Both the position numbers and the translations under genes were made by a program. From assembly GCA_977017645.1 (NCBI GenBank), contig OZ360233.1, positions 18,414,001-18,478,000 on the forward strand: DNA of 64,000 nt, in the 5' to 3' direction. Origin of the DNA: Torpedo marmorata. Taxonomy: Eukaryota. The notes beneath the pieces are model-generated. The model was not told where the DNA came from and did not search any database. It saw only the letters and a list, made by a program, of their open reading frames with translations. Below are positions 36,241 to 48,126 of this stretch, in pieces (within the stretch, counting starts at the first letter, position 1; each line of letters begins with the position of its first letter).

Positions 36241-36666
36241 ATGTTCCTCCTTAGTTGTTATCTGATTCTATGGGCCGTTCTGCCTGGTGAGACTGATTGA
36301 TCAACACGTGTCCCGCGGGGTCAGTGCCGTTTCGCACCGTTCACACATTCTGTCTTTTGTTCCAGGGGCGAGTGGGAACGATTCAGTGACCCAAGAACCC
36401 CCGGAATTGATTGTCAATGAAGGACAGATCGTATCACTGAGCTGCAGTTACTCGATGGTTCCCAATGCATATTTTTGGTACATTCAACGTCCTGGAGAAT
36501 CTCCCAAATATTTGCTGAAAATCTACACGTCAGGAGATGTGGTTCCGTCGCCCGATTGTCCGGAGAGGATATCGGGTTCATTGGACAAAAAGAGCCAGAC
36601 ATTCCACCTCAATAACTCGAAAACCCTTGTGGAGGATTCTGCCGTGTATCTCTGCGCTGTGAAGCT
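36241..36666 (+). CDS. TRAV: TCR alpha/delta V segment, family B, intact (exons 36241-36286, 36366-36666)
   Basis: MFLLSCYLILWAVLP-G|ASGNDSVTQEPPE...SCSYSMVPNAYFWYIQ...SPDCPERI...DSAVYLCAVK. RSS: CACACTG 36667-36673, 23 bp, ACAAAAACT 36697-36705. Confidence 0.9.
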
Positions 36667-37156
36667 CACACTGTTCCAGGGTGGTGGCAGATCCGCACAA
36701 AAACTCACCTCGAGACATTGAGTCGGACCCTATGGCTAGGGGGCGCTCTCGGCCACGCAATGGAAGCGAATACACGACCTTCGTGGAGAGTCTGCTGCAA
36801 CGCCGAGATGCAGGAGATTTCCCCTCTTCTGAGCGTTTCTCTTTCTCTGCGTCCTCTGTGTCTGATGCCGTAATTTGAGGTAGAAGGTACGAAGTCACGG
36901 AGAGAGGAAGAAACGGATAGCTGTTTGCCAGAATGAAAATGAAGGAGTGTTTGTTAGATGGAAATTGAGAGGTTAACAAAGCGGTAAACCGCGCGGGTGG
37001 GTGTGACCGGTAGGTGATCCTTCAGCCTCTCCTTCCAAAAATCAACAACAAGCTCCTTGGTCTTGGTGAAAATAAGAACAAAATTATTGTTCTCCAACCA
37101 CCAAACCAGGTTCACCATCTCCATTCTGCATTCTGACTCATCTTTTCCAGTTATTA

Positions 37157-38640
37157 TCGAGCGGCACAAATGCGATTTGTTGCATCTTTTTTTGAAACTG
37201 AAGTGGGTTGGAATAGAACTAGGAGAAATAGGAGAAAATAAACCACAAGAATTTATATACAAATGGAATTCAAAACTGCTGACAGGGGTTAAAGAAACGC
37301 CGTTATTAAATAATTTGATTAATGCTTGGAATAAAGTTAATGATGACATAGGGTTGAAAGGAAGTATATCACCCAAAATGCCTTTGATACAGAATAATCT
37401 TATACCATTTACAAAAGATAATCAAATTTTAAATACTTGGTCATTAAAAGGAATAAAGAAGATAGAAGATTGTTATGAAGGAAATCAAATGATGTCATTT
37501 ATACAATTACGGAATAAATATGGAATACCTAATAATACACTTTTTTGTTATTTTCAATTAAGAGGTTATTTAAGAGAAAACGTAGGTCCAGACTTGTTGT
37601 TACATGTTTGTAGTGAGGTATAAACTCTTATTAGGAAAGGAAATACTAAGAAATTTACTTCTATAGTGTATTCTTTGCTACAAAGGGGAGCTTTAAAACG
37701 AGGACTTCATAAATCTAGACAAAGATGGGAACAAGATCTTAATGTTATAATTGATGAAAAAAGGTGGTCGGACCTATGTTTAGATAGTATGACTAATACT
37801 GTTAATGTAAGATATAGATTGGTACAATATAACCTTTTACATCAATTATATCTTACACCACAAAAATTGAACAAGATAAAGTCTACGATATCAAATAGAT
37901 GCTTTAGATGTGGTGAAGAAGAGGGAACTTTTTTACATTCAACGTGGTCATGTTCAAAAGTTAAAGGTTTTTGGATAGAGTTAGGAAATCGGTTAAAACA
38001 AATTACAGGTGTTACATTTCCACAGAATCCTGACTTATTTTTATTGGGAAACGTGGAAGGAACTAGACCAAAATTGAAGTTATCTACATGGCAATTGAAA
38101 TTTGTAAAAATTGCATTAGCAGTAGCAAGTAAATGTAAAGCAGTAACTTGGAAATCGGATACAAATTTAAGTATGGATAGATGGAATTCAGAGATGCAGA
38201 GTTGTATTCCATTGGAAAGAATAACATATAATATGAGGAATAAATATGGGGTATTTTTGCAAATGTGGCGTCCATTTATCCAATTATTAGGAATGAATAT
38301 TTAAATGGGTTGCCCTACATCCTAGACCTTACTGACTCTCTTAAATTTAAATTTAAAGAACGAACATTGTTGAATATCTTGCACCGAGCCGTGGACCCGT
38401 ACAGATATTTTTCTTCCTCTATCTTTCTTTTCTTATTGTTAGTAAGGGGAGGGAATAAGGGATGGGAAGGGTGGAGGGTGGGTTGTTTTAGTGAGGGCGG
38501 GTTTAGATGGGGTTAGAATCACGGTAATACGAATTTTGTATGTATTGAATTTATTAATGTTTATTATGTACCTTGTACTATTCTGTATTATTGTGAAAAA
38601 TTTGAAAGTTTAAAATAAAATATTAAAAAAAAGCAAAAAA
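37157..38640 (+). mobile_element. L1-clade 3' fragment
   Basis: ORFs 37057-37623 and 37666-38304 (NVRYRLVQYN...CFRCGEEEGTFLHSTWSC); AATAAA and poly(A) at ~38615-38640. Confidence 0.88.
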
Positions 38641-40231
38641 ACAAGCTCCTTGGTCTTGATGACAATAAGAACAAAATTGTTGTTCTCGAACGACCCAACC
38701 AGGTGCTCTATATCCATTTTGCAATCTGACTCATCTTTTCCAGTTATTTGGCCAAGACTGGTGGTGTCTTCAGCTAATTTGAAGATTGAGTTGGGGCTGA
38801 ATTTGGCTGACTAGTCATTGGTACACATGGCAGAGATTAAAGCGATGGAGAGATTGGGACTGCTCTCGAAAGATTAAATAATTGTAAGACGTAGTCGCGT
38901 CGAGGTAGGAAGTGCAACAGAATGCGAGAAGGGGCGAGTGGGTGCCGGAAAACAAGTGAATGTGATGGAAAGTGTGGAGCAAGAGTGAAGAAGAGAGAGA
39001 CGTGGGACTTTGTTAGGACTCCCTAAAGTTCTTGCATTTCGGAATACCACGAGATACGGCGAACCTATGTTTGGAGTTAATTCCAGATAAAGTGTTAAAC
39101 AAAGTGTACTAACAAGACAAGATTGAGCAAGAGGATATTGCAATGTATCGGGATAGGACCACTAACGGATAATCGTGATGAAAAATGGCGTTTATGGATG
39201 GGGACTGAATAACTAGTGGGATTCAATGTGTGTGAAGATGCAGGGAATTACGAGGAAGGAGCGTGAGAAAGGTGTCTAAAACAGGCAAGGAGAGAGTGAG
39301 AGAGAGAGAGAGAGAGAAAGAGAGTGAGAGAGAGAGAGTGAGAGAGAGAGAGAGAGTGTGAGAGAGATAGAGAGTAAGAGAGAAATGGAAATTAAGAGAA
39401 TCTCGTGTAAAGAGGCAGAAAGAGAGAGAACGAGAAAGGAGATATGGGTACAAATGCCAACGGTAAGGTGGCCATGATAGAGAGCGAAAGATGTTAGGAG
39501 GAATAAGCTCAGATTGAGTGCGATGTGGAAGCAGAGAGACAGTAAGTGCGGAGCTGAGAGCGAGGACGTGAGAGAAGCAGAGGGATATAAAGAAAGAGTA
39601 ATGGAGGAAGAGAAAAACAGATAGAGCGGAGAGAAATGGAGCTCTTTTATCGGTACTAGCCCTGCACTGATGCAACAGATCGACTGGCCGACACGTCTGA
39701 AGCGATGACAAGGTTGCACTGAAAGTGACTGTACAAGTCCGGACAGTCGTTCCCGAGAGGACGTTTTCACCCCGCAATGTGGGACGGCCACACAGCGTCC
39801 ACAGAGCGAGAGAGGGTGAGAGAGTGAGAGTGAGTGTTTGTGTGTGCAAGAGAGATAGAGAGCAGAGAGCGCGAGAGAGAGACAGAGAGAGAGTGACAGA
39901 GAGGGCGAGAGAGAGAGAGTTACGGAGAGCGGAGAGAGAGAGGGAGATAGAGGGTGAAGAGGAAAAGTAATATAAGAGGTTGAATGACGGGGATAGAGAA
40001 GTGGAGTCACAGAAAAAATAAATAAACTGCACTTAAATCAGGCAATCAGATGAATTGAAACAGCGCAGATACTGATTGGTGTCTATCAGCTCAGCCCTGT
40101 TCACCAGTCAGTCCTGCAGGTGGGCCACGCCCACAGTGTGACCGCTGATATGACTTTATTCTCCAATATCGGTGAATTGGCGTTAAGGTTGCAAAGCAAA
40201 CTGCCATTTGATCGCGCCTGACGCCTGTTCG

Positions 40232-40264
40232 ATGCGGTCGTGTGTTACTTCCTGATGATATTGA
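40232..40264 (+). pseudogene. Truncated family-A leader; V exon deleted
   Basis: A full family-A promoter is followed by ATGCGGTCGTGTGTTACTTCCTGATGATATTGA, which jumps into downstream spacer sequence (GGAGAGGGGGAGTGAGTAGTTC). Confidence 0.7.
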
Positions 40265-40580
40265 GGAGAGGGGGAGTGAGTAGTTCGCAAGGTTCAGAGA
40301 GAATGACAGAGGAGACAGAAAGAGAGGGAAAGGGGGAGAGAACAGAGAGAGGGAGAGAGATGAGAAATATGAAGTGTGAAAAACAGAGAAGGAAAACATT
40401 GTGAATGGCGACCCACGTGTCTCAGCTCTGTTTCACAAGCAAATCTCGCAGCAGGATGCCACCCATGTTATTGCACAAAGTGAAGACTGTCCGCTGATCA
40501 TAATTTACTGTACAATATAGGTGGAGGTATGAAACCCTTGAAAATAACCCGTCTCTTTCTGGCGCCTGATGCCACACAGC

Positions 40581-40988
40581 ATGCGTGTCCCGGGTCCCTA
40601 GATTGACCGTGTTGCCTGCCGAATCTCTGCGGCATTGTGTAGAATGGGTACCGCGGGATACGTGGAAGCCCAAGATGTTCACCCACTCCGTTCTTTATTG
40701 CTAGAACGAGTGTGAGAATATCAGTCACCCATGACCGAGTAAGAACAGAACGTAGTCATGAACTGTACTTACTCGACAGCTGGTGAACATATTTTTGCTA
40801 CATTCACCATCGGAGGCTGGAGGTGGGATGTTTCCAACTACGTGCTGAAGGTATTCAGCGAAGGAAAGATGGAACGGATCCCAGTATGTCCGGAGAGGTT
40901 TACCGCTGTTTTGCAGAAAGACAGTACATATCAATATTTCCGAGGTGCTGGTATCGCACTCCGTCGTGTACCTCGATGCCATGAAGCC
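40581..40988 (+). pseudogene. Degenerate V pseudogene (17-bp-spacer lineage)
   Basis: MNCTYSTAGEHIF...PVCPERFTAVLQKDS...YLDAMK. RSS: CACACTG 40989-40995, 17 bp, ACAAAATCC. Confidence 0.82.
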
Positions 40989-42448
40989 CACACTGTTGCA
41001 GGGTGATGGCGAACAAAATCCAACCATGTATGTTGCAAAGAGCGTGCACTGAAGCACGCGGACGCACGAACGCCAAAGGGACAGCAAGAAACACATGAGA
41101 GTCACCTTTTCCCCATTAAAAGGGCGATAATCGGCAGCAAATATCGCCCAATCTTCAGGTATTGATCCTGAATTCACCTCATACCTCCAGGCAAAAGTCG
41201 AGACATCATATAGGATTTATATAATGAGGGCGACAGAGGGCGCGCTTTGCCGGGGAAGAGTCGCACGCGAAATTCAGAAAAATAGTTCGGCCAAGATTGA
41301 GAAATTGTCCCTGAATGCAAGTTAATACGACTAAGAACATTATGCAGGATTTCCAGAACACCTCAATGTCTCTCACTCCGTTGTCTGCAACAGGACATGG
41401 CGCGTGAAAACATTGCTCGAAACACACCTTTCACCACTTTGTTACAGTTCCCTGAAGTTCTTGCATTGAGGAGATACTGCGAATATACATTTCGAGAAAG
41501 CAGCAGATAAGGTGTTACACCAAAGGTTACTACACGAGACAATATTCAGTAAGAGAGTATTGCCATATATAGGGGATAGGACTACTGACAGACAACTGTG
41601 ATGAAAAGGGGCGTTTTGTGGATGGACACTGAATACCTCGTGGAATTCACCGTGGGCTTCATAGAGTGCTTCCTCACGATGATGGTCCCGATAAACGGAA
41701 CTCGTGGAATGACTTCGAAAAGGCGCATGGCGCATGACAGATGGGTTAGAAAGTAGTGAAATGAGCGAGGGGAAAGGGGAAATGAAGAGATAGGTTATAC
41801 AGGGAATTGTGGATATGCGGTGAATGAGCGTGAGAATGAAGATAAAACTGGCAAGTAGAAAGAGAGAAAGACAGAGAGAGAGATAGTGAGTGAGAGAGTG
41901 AGAGAAGTAACGGAGAAATGGAGTTAAAGAGAATACGGTGGAAAGAGGCAGAAAAGGGAGAAAGAGAAAGGGTATATGAGTACGAATAACTGGGGGAATG
42001 TGGCCAGGATAGACAGGAAGTGATGGTCAGAAGAATAAGGTCAGAATGATTGCGAGATGGTCGCAATTACGCAGGAAGCAGAGAGACAATGCGGGCGAAG
42101 CTGAGAGCGAGGAACGTGAGTCAAACAGAGGGAAGTAAAGAAAGAATAATGGAGGAAGAGAAAGACAGATCGAGCAGAGAGAAATGGAGAGGGAGGCAGT
42201 AATAAAGCTCACCCTGAAAGTTTTGACGATTCACACGAGGGAGCGTTCTCGCCTCGATGCTCTTGCGTCGGTTCCTGCCCTGGACATCGATGCAACAGAT
42301 CGAAGGATTGACAGGTCTGAAGCCATGACAAGGTTGCACTAAAGTTGACTCGACAAGTCCAGACAGTCTCTCACGAGAGGTCGTTAACACCCCGAAGATC
42401 GTGGGACGATACTCCAGTGTCCATAAAGCGTGAGAGTGCCTAAGAGAC

Positions 42449-42485
<37 letters not shown>

Positions 42486-42805
42486 TAGAGAAAGAAAGTG
42501 AGAGAGAGAGAGAGGGAAGGAGAGGAAGAGAAAAAGGAAGATGGGAGGTGAATGACAGTGAGATAGAGAAGATGAATCATGGATAAAAATAAATAAACTG
42601 CACGTAAAACAAATAATGAGATGAAATGAAACAGCGCAGATACTGATTGGTGCCTTTATCAGCTCAGCTCTGTTTATCAGTCAGCCCTGCATGTGGGTCA
42701 CGCCCCCTGTCTGACCGCTGATATGACTTTACTCTCCAATGTCGGTGAAGTGGCAGTACGTTGGTAAAAGTAAATTGCATTTTGATCGCGCCTGACGCCT
42801 GTACG

Positions 42806-43237
42806 ATGTGGTCCGTGTGTTGCTTCCTGATGATATTGATCACGTTGACCGGTGAGTTTCTGTCTGAGTGTTCACCGAGTTTCCCATAAGTTGAACACGC
42901 TCGTGGATTGTTCATTCATTGTGTCATTTGTTGCAGGGACGAGTGGGAAAGATTCAGTGACCCAGCACCCGCCTGGAATAACGGCTGAGGAAGGACAAAC
43001 GATAGTAATGAACTGTGCATACACGACAGCAAATAGTTACATTTTTTGGTACATACAACATCCCGGGGAATATCCAAAATACTTGCTGAAGATATATAGC
43101 GCAGGAAACATGATACGGTCTCCAGAATGTGAGGAGAGGTTTACTTCTGCTTTGGAAAAAGTCAAAAAGATGGCTCATCTAAATATTTCCGGGACGCTTG
43201 TATCGGACTCCGCCGTGTATCTCTGCGCCATGGAGCC
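42806..43237 (+). CDS. TRAV: TCR alpha/delta V segment, family A, intact (exons 42806-42851, 42937-43237)
   Basis: MWSVCCFLMILITLT-G|TSGKDSVTQHPPG...MNCAYTTANSYIFWYIQ...SPECEERF...DSAVYLCAME. RSS: CACACTG 43238-43244, 23 bp, ACCAATACT. Confidence 0.9.
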
Positions 43238-44915
43238 CACACTGTTGCAAGGAGATGGCAGATCCGAACCAATACTCAGGCTGTGTTCTGTAAAGTTCAT
43301 TCAATAGAGGGCGCTCCGAACAGGGAAACAGGTGCTGATGAATTGGATTCCCGCGAGCGGCACGTGGTGCCCTTCAGAGGACGACACTCAGCGAAAAAAG
43401 TCACCAGAACATTAGCAATTCGTCTTTGATACAATTCGTACGCATAAGCACAAAGAAGCAATTAAGATCGCATTAACGGGGCATCTTAGTGTTTATTATT
43501 ACCGTTTATCTACAACAAGATACAACAGTTGACAACCTTTGTCGAAATCGTATTTTAAATACTTTGATCAAGTTCGCCGGAACAGTTACAGCGAGGATAG
43601 AGGGAAACATGGAGATTGAGTGACTTTCTTCATTCCCGAAAGATCGTATAAGGTGTCACGCGAAAGGCTACTGCACAGAATATACACCAGTTAGAGCCTT
43701 CTGAGTGGATGAAGGAATCGACGCTTTAAAGGAAAACAATATAGTGGAGCCAAAAGGGCGATTTTCAGATGCACAATTAATTACTGGTAGAGATCTACAG
43801 GTTTCAATCTGTTGTCTCATCGTGTGATTATCCACGTTGATTATCTCGAGGAAATGGCCATGCGCGATATAAAATTGGTGATTGATACAGTGACACGTGG
43901 GTTAACAAGGAGTAAGTAAGAAGAGTAATGGAGAGGGGGGAGTGAGTAGTTCTCAGTGTTCAGAAGTATGACGAAGAAGAGAGAGAGAAAGAGAGAAAGT
44001 GAGAGAGCGAGAAAGAGAGAGAGAGAGAGGAAGAGAGAGAGAGTGTGAGAGAGAGAGGAAAATATGGTAGAGATCAGAGAGAGGGAGATATATAAGAAAT
44101 ATGAAGAGAGTGAAAAGACAGAGAAAAGACATTGTGAATGGCGACGCACTTGGCTCAGCTCTGTTTCACCAGAAAATCTTGAGGAGAGAGAGGGAGAAAG
44201 GGCAAGGCGAGAGAGAGGTGGCGATGCAGGGAATGGCGAGGAAGGAGCGTTAAGAAGATGTCAAAAACAGGTAAGCAGAGAGATGGCGAGAAATATAGAG
44301 GGAAAGAAAGAGAGAGTGAAAGAGAGAGAGAGTGAGTGAGAGAGAGAGAGAAAGAAGGATGAGAGAAATGGAGATAGAGATTGTGGTGGAGGGAGAAATA
44401 AAAAGGGGCTCTGGTACAAATGACCGGGAAAAGGTGACCAGGATAGAGGAGATGATGGTCAGAAAAACGTCAGAATGATTGCGACATGGTCGCAATTACG
44501 CAGGAGGTAGAGAGACAGTAAGGGCGGCGCTGTGAGCAAGGACAAGAGAGAAGCAGCGGGAAATATAGAAAGAATAACGGAGGAAGAGAAAGACAGATAG
44601 AGAAAACAAATGGAGAGTGAGGCAGCATTGAAGCTCACCCTGAGAGGTTTGACGATGCTGACTAGAGGGCGTTCTCAGCCCGGAACTCTGGTGTCCGTAC
44701 ATGCCCTGGATATCGATGCAACAGATCGAATAATCGACAGGTGTGAAGCCATGACAAGATTGCCCAAACGTTGACTCCACCAGAATGGACAGATTCTCAC
44801 GAGAGGGCGTTTTCATGCTGCAGAACATGTGACGGATCTTCAACCTCCACAGAGCGAGAGAGCGAGAGGGAGAGAGAGAGAAAGAATGTGTGTGTGTGTG
44901 TGTGTGTGTGTGTGA

Positions 44916-44952
<37 letters not shown>

Positions 44953-45223
44953 TAGGAGGGTGAATGATAGAGTGATAGAGCAGTGGAGTCAGAGAGGGAG
45001 AGAAATACTGTATATAAACTGAATGTAATACAGGCAATGAGATTAATTGAAACAGCACAGATACTGATTGGTGCGTTTAACTGCTCATCTCTGTTTACGT
45101 CAGCCCAGCAGGAGGGCCACGCCCCCTGACTGACTGCTGATATAACCTTACTCTCCAATATCGGTGAAGAAGCGTTAAGGTCGTCAAGTATACTGCCGTT
45201 TGATCGCCCCTGACGCCAGTATC

Positions 45224-45656
45224 ATGCGTGCGGCGTGTTGCTTCCTGATGATATTGACCACGTTGCCCGGTGAGTTTCTGTCTAATTGTTCAGCAAGTGT
45301 CCCACAAGTTGAACACGCTCCTGGATTGTCCAATCATTATGTCATTTTTTTGCAGGGACGAGTGGGAAAGATTCAGTGACCCAGGACCCTCCTGAAATTA
45401 CGGCCGAGGAAGGGGAGACGATAATAATGAACTGTACGTACACGACAGCAAATATAAATATATTTTGGTACATGCAACATCGCGGGGAATCTCCAAAATA
45501 CTTGCTGACGATATATAGCACAGGAAACATGAAACGGTCACCAGAATGTGAGGAGAGGTTTACGTCTGCGTTAGAAAAAGTCAGCAAGATGGCTCATCTA
45601 CATATTTCCGGGACGGTTGTGTCGGACTCCGCCGTGTATCTTTGCGCCACGGAGCC
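45224..45656 (+). CDS. TRAV: TCR alpha/delta V segment, family A, intact (exons 45224-45269, 45356-45656)
   Basis: MNCTYTTANINIFWYMQ...YLCATE. RSS: CACACTG 45657-45663, 23 bp, ACAAATACT 45687-45695. Confidence 0.9.
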
Positions 45657-46771
45657 CACACTGTTGCAAGGAGATTGCAGATCCGAACAAATACTAAGGC
45701 TGTGTTCTGCAAAGTTCATTCAATAGAGGGCGCTCCGAACAGGGAAACAGGTGCTGATGCATTGGATTACAGTGAGCGTCACGTGGTGCCCTTCAGAGGT
45801 CGACACGCAGCGAAAAAAGTCACCAGAACTTTAGCAATTCGTCTTTGATACAATTCGTACGCATAAGCACAAAGAAGCAATTAAGATCGCATCTTAGTGT
45901 TTATTATTACCGTTTATCTACAACAAGATACAACAGTTGACAACCTTTGCCGAAATCGTATTTAAAACATTTTGATCAAGTTCGCCGAAATAGTTACAGC
46001 GAGCATAGAGGGAAACATGGAGATTGAGTGACTTTTTTCATTCCCGAAAGATCGTATAAGGTGTCACGCTGCTGCACAGAATATACACCAGTTAGAGCCT
46101 TCTGAGTGGATGAGGGAATCGATGCGTTAAAGGAAAACAATATAGTGGAGCAAAAAAGGGCGATTTGCAGATGCACAATAAATTACTGGTAGATATCTAC
46201 AGGATTCAATGTGTTGTCTTATCGAGTGATTATCCACGTTGATTATCTCGAGGAAATGACCATGCCTGATATACAATTGGGGATTGATACAGTGACACGT
46301 GGGTTAACAAGGAGTGAGTAGAAAGAGTAATGGAGAGGAGGACTGAGTCGTTCTCAGTGTTCAGAGAGTATGACCAAAGAGAGAGAGAGAGAGAGGAAGA
46401 GAGAGAGAGAGAGAGAGAGAGAGTGAGAGAGAGAGAGAGAGGGAGAGAGAGAGGGCGAGGGAGAGCGAGTGAGAGAGTGATAGAGAGAGAGGAAAATATG
46501 GTAGAGATCAGAGAGAGGGAGATATATGAGAAATATGAAGAGAGTGAAAAGACAGAGAAAAAAGACATTGTGAATGGCGACGCACTTGGCTCAGCTCTGT
46601 TTCACCAGAAAATCTTGAGGAGAGAGAGGGAGAAAGGGCAAGGCGAGAGAGAGGTGGCGATGCAGGGAATGGCGAGGAAGGAGCGTTAAGAAGATGTCAA
46701 AAACAGGTAAGCAGAGAGATGGCGAGAAATATAGAGGGAAAGAAAGAAAGAGTGAAAGAGAGATTGAGGGG

Positions 46772-46812
<41 letters not shown>

Positions 46813-47339
46813 GAGAAGGATGGGAGAAATAGAGATAGAGATTGTGGTGGAGGGAGAAAGAAAAAGGGGCTCTGGTACAAATGACCGGGAAAAGGTGACC
46901 AGGAGATCTTGGTCAGAAGAACGTCAGAATCATTGCGACATGGTCGGAATTACGCAGGAGGAAGAGAGACAGTAAGGGCGGCGCTGTGAGCAAAGACAAG
47001 AGAGAAGCAGCGGTAAATATAGAAAGAATAATGGTGGAAGAGAAAGACAGATAGAGGAGACAAATGGACAGTGAGACAGCATTGAAGCTCACCCTGAGAG
47101 GTTTGACGATGCTCACTAGAGGGCGTTCTACGCCCCGGAGCTCTGGTGTACGCACATGCCCTGGATATCGATGCAACAGGTCGACTAATCGACAGGTGTG
47201 AAGCCATGACAAGATTGCCCAAACGTTGACTCCACCAGAATGGACAGTATCTCACGAGAGGGCGTTTTCATGCCGCAGAACGTGTGACGGATCTTCAAGC
47301 TCCACAGAGCGAGAGAGCGAGAGAGAGAGAGAGAAAGAA

Positions 47340-47376
<37 letters not shown>

Positions 47377-47694
47377 TAGAGAGAGAGATAGAGTGAGAGG
47401 GCGAGAGAGAGAGAGAGAAGAGATAGGAGGGTGAATGATAGAGTGATAGAGCAGTGTAGTCAGAGGCGGAGAGAAATACTGTATATAAACTGAATGTAAA
47501 ACAGGCAATGAGATTAATTGAAACAGCGCAGATACTGATTGGTGCGTTTAACAGCTCATCTCTGTTTACGTCAGCCCTGCAGGTGGGCCACGCCCCCTGA
47601 CTGACTACTGATATGACCTTACTCCCCAATATCGGTGAAGAAGCGTTAAGGTCGTCAAGTATACTGCCGTTTGATCGCCCCTGACGCCAGTACC

Positions 47695-48126
47695 ATGCGT
47701 TCCGTGTGTTGCTTCCTGATGATATTGACCACGTTGCCCGGTGAGTTTCTGTCTAATTGTTCAGCAAGTGTCCCACAAGTTGAACACGCTCCTGGATTGT
47801 CCAATCATTGTTTCATTTTTTGCAGGGACGAGTGGGAAAGATTCAGTGACCCAGGACCCTCCTGAAATAACGGCCGAGGAAGGGGAGACGATAATAATGA
47901 ACTGTACTTACACGATAGCAAATAGAAATATATTTTGGTACATGCAACATCGCGGGGAATCCCCAAAATACTTGCTGAATATATATAGCACAGGAAAGAT
48001 TATACGGTCTCCAGAATGTGAGGAGAGGTTTACTTCTGCGTTAGAAAAAGACAGCAAGATGGCTCATCTACATATTTCCGGGACGCTTGTGTCGGACTCC
48101 GCCGTGTATCTCTGCGCCATGGAGCC
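47695..48126 (+). CDS. TRAV: TCR alpha/delta V segment, family A, intact (exons 47695-47740, 47826-48126)
   Basis: MNCTYTIANRNIFWYMQ...YLCAME. RSS: CACACTG 48127-48133, 23 bp, ACAAATACT 48157-48165. Confidence 0.9.

Noticed and set aside
39223-40032. Long Ser/Leu-rich (minus) and Arg/Glu-rich (plus) ORFs here and throughout the spacers
   Set aside because: They are translations of (GA)n/(CT)n microsatellite-rich DNA with no domain or splice structure.
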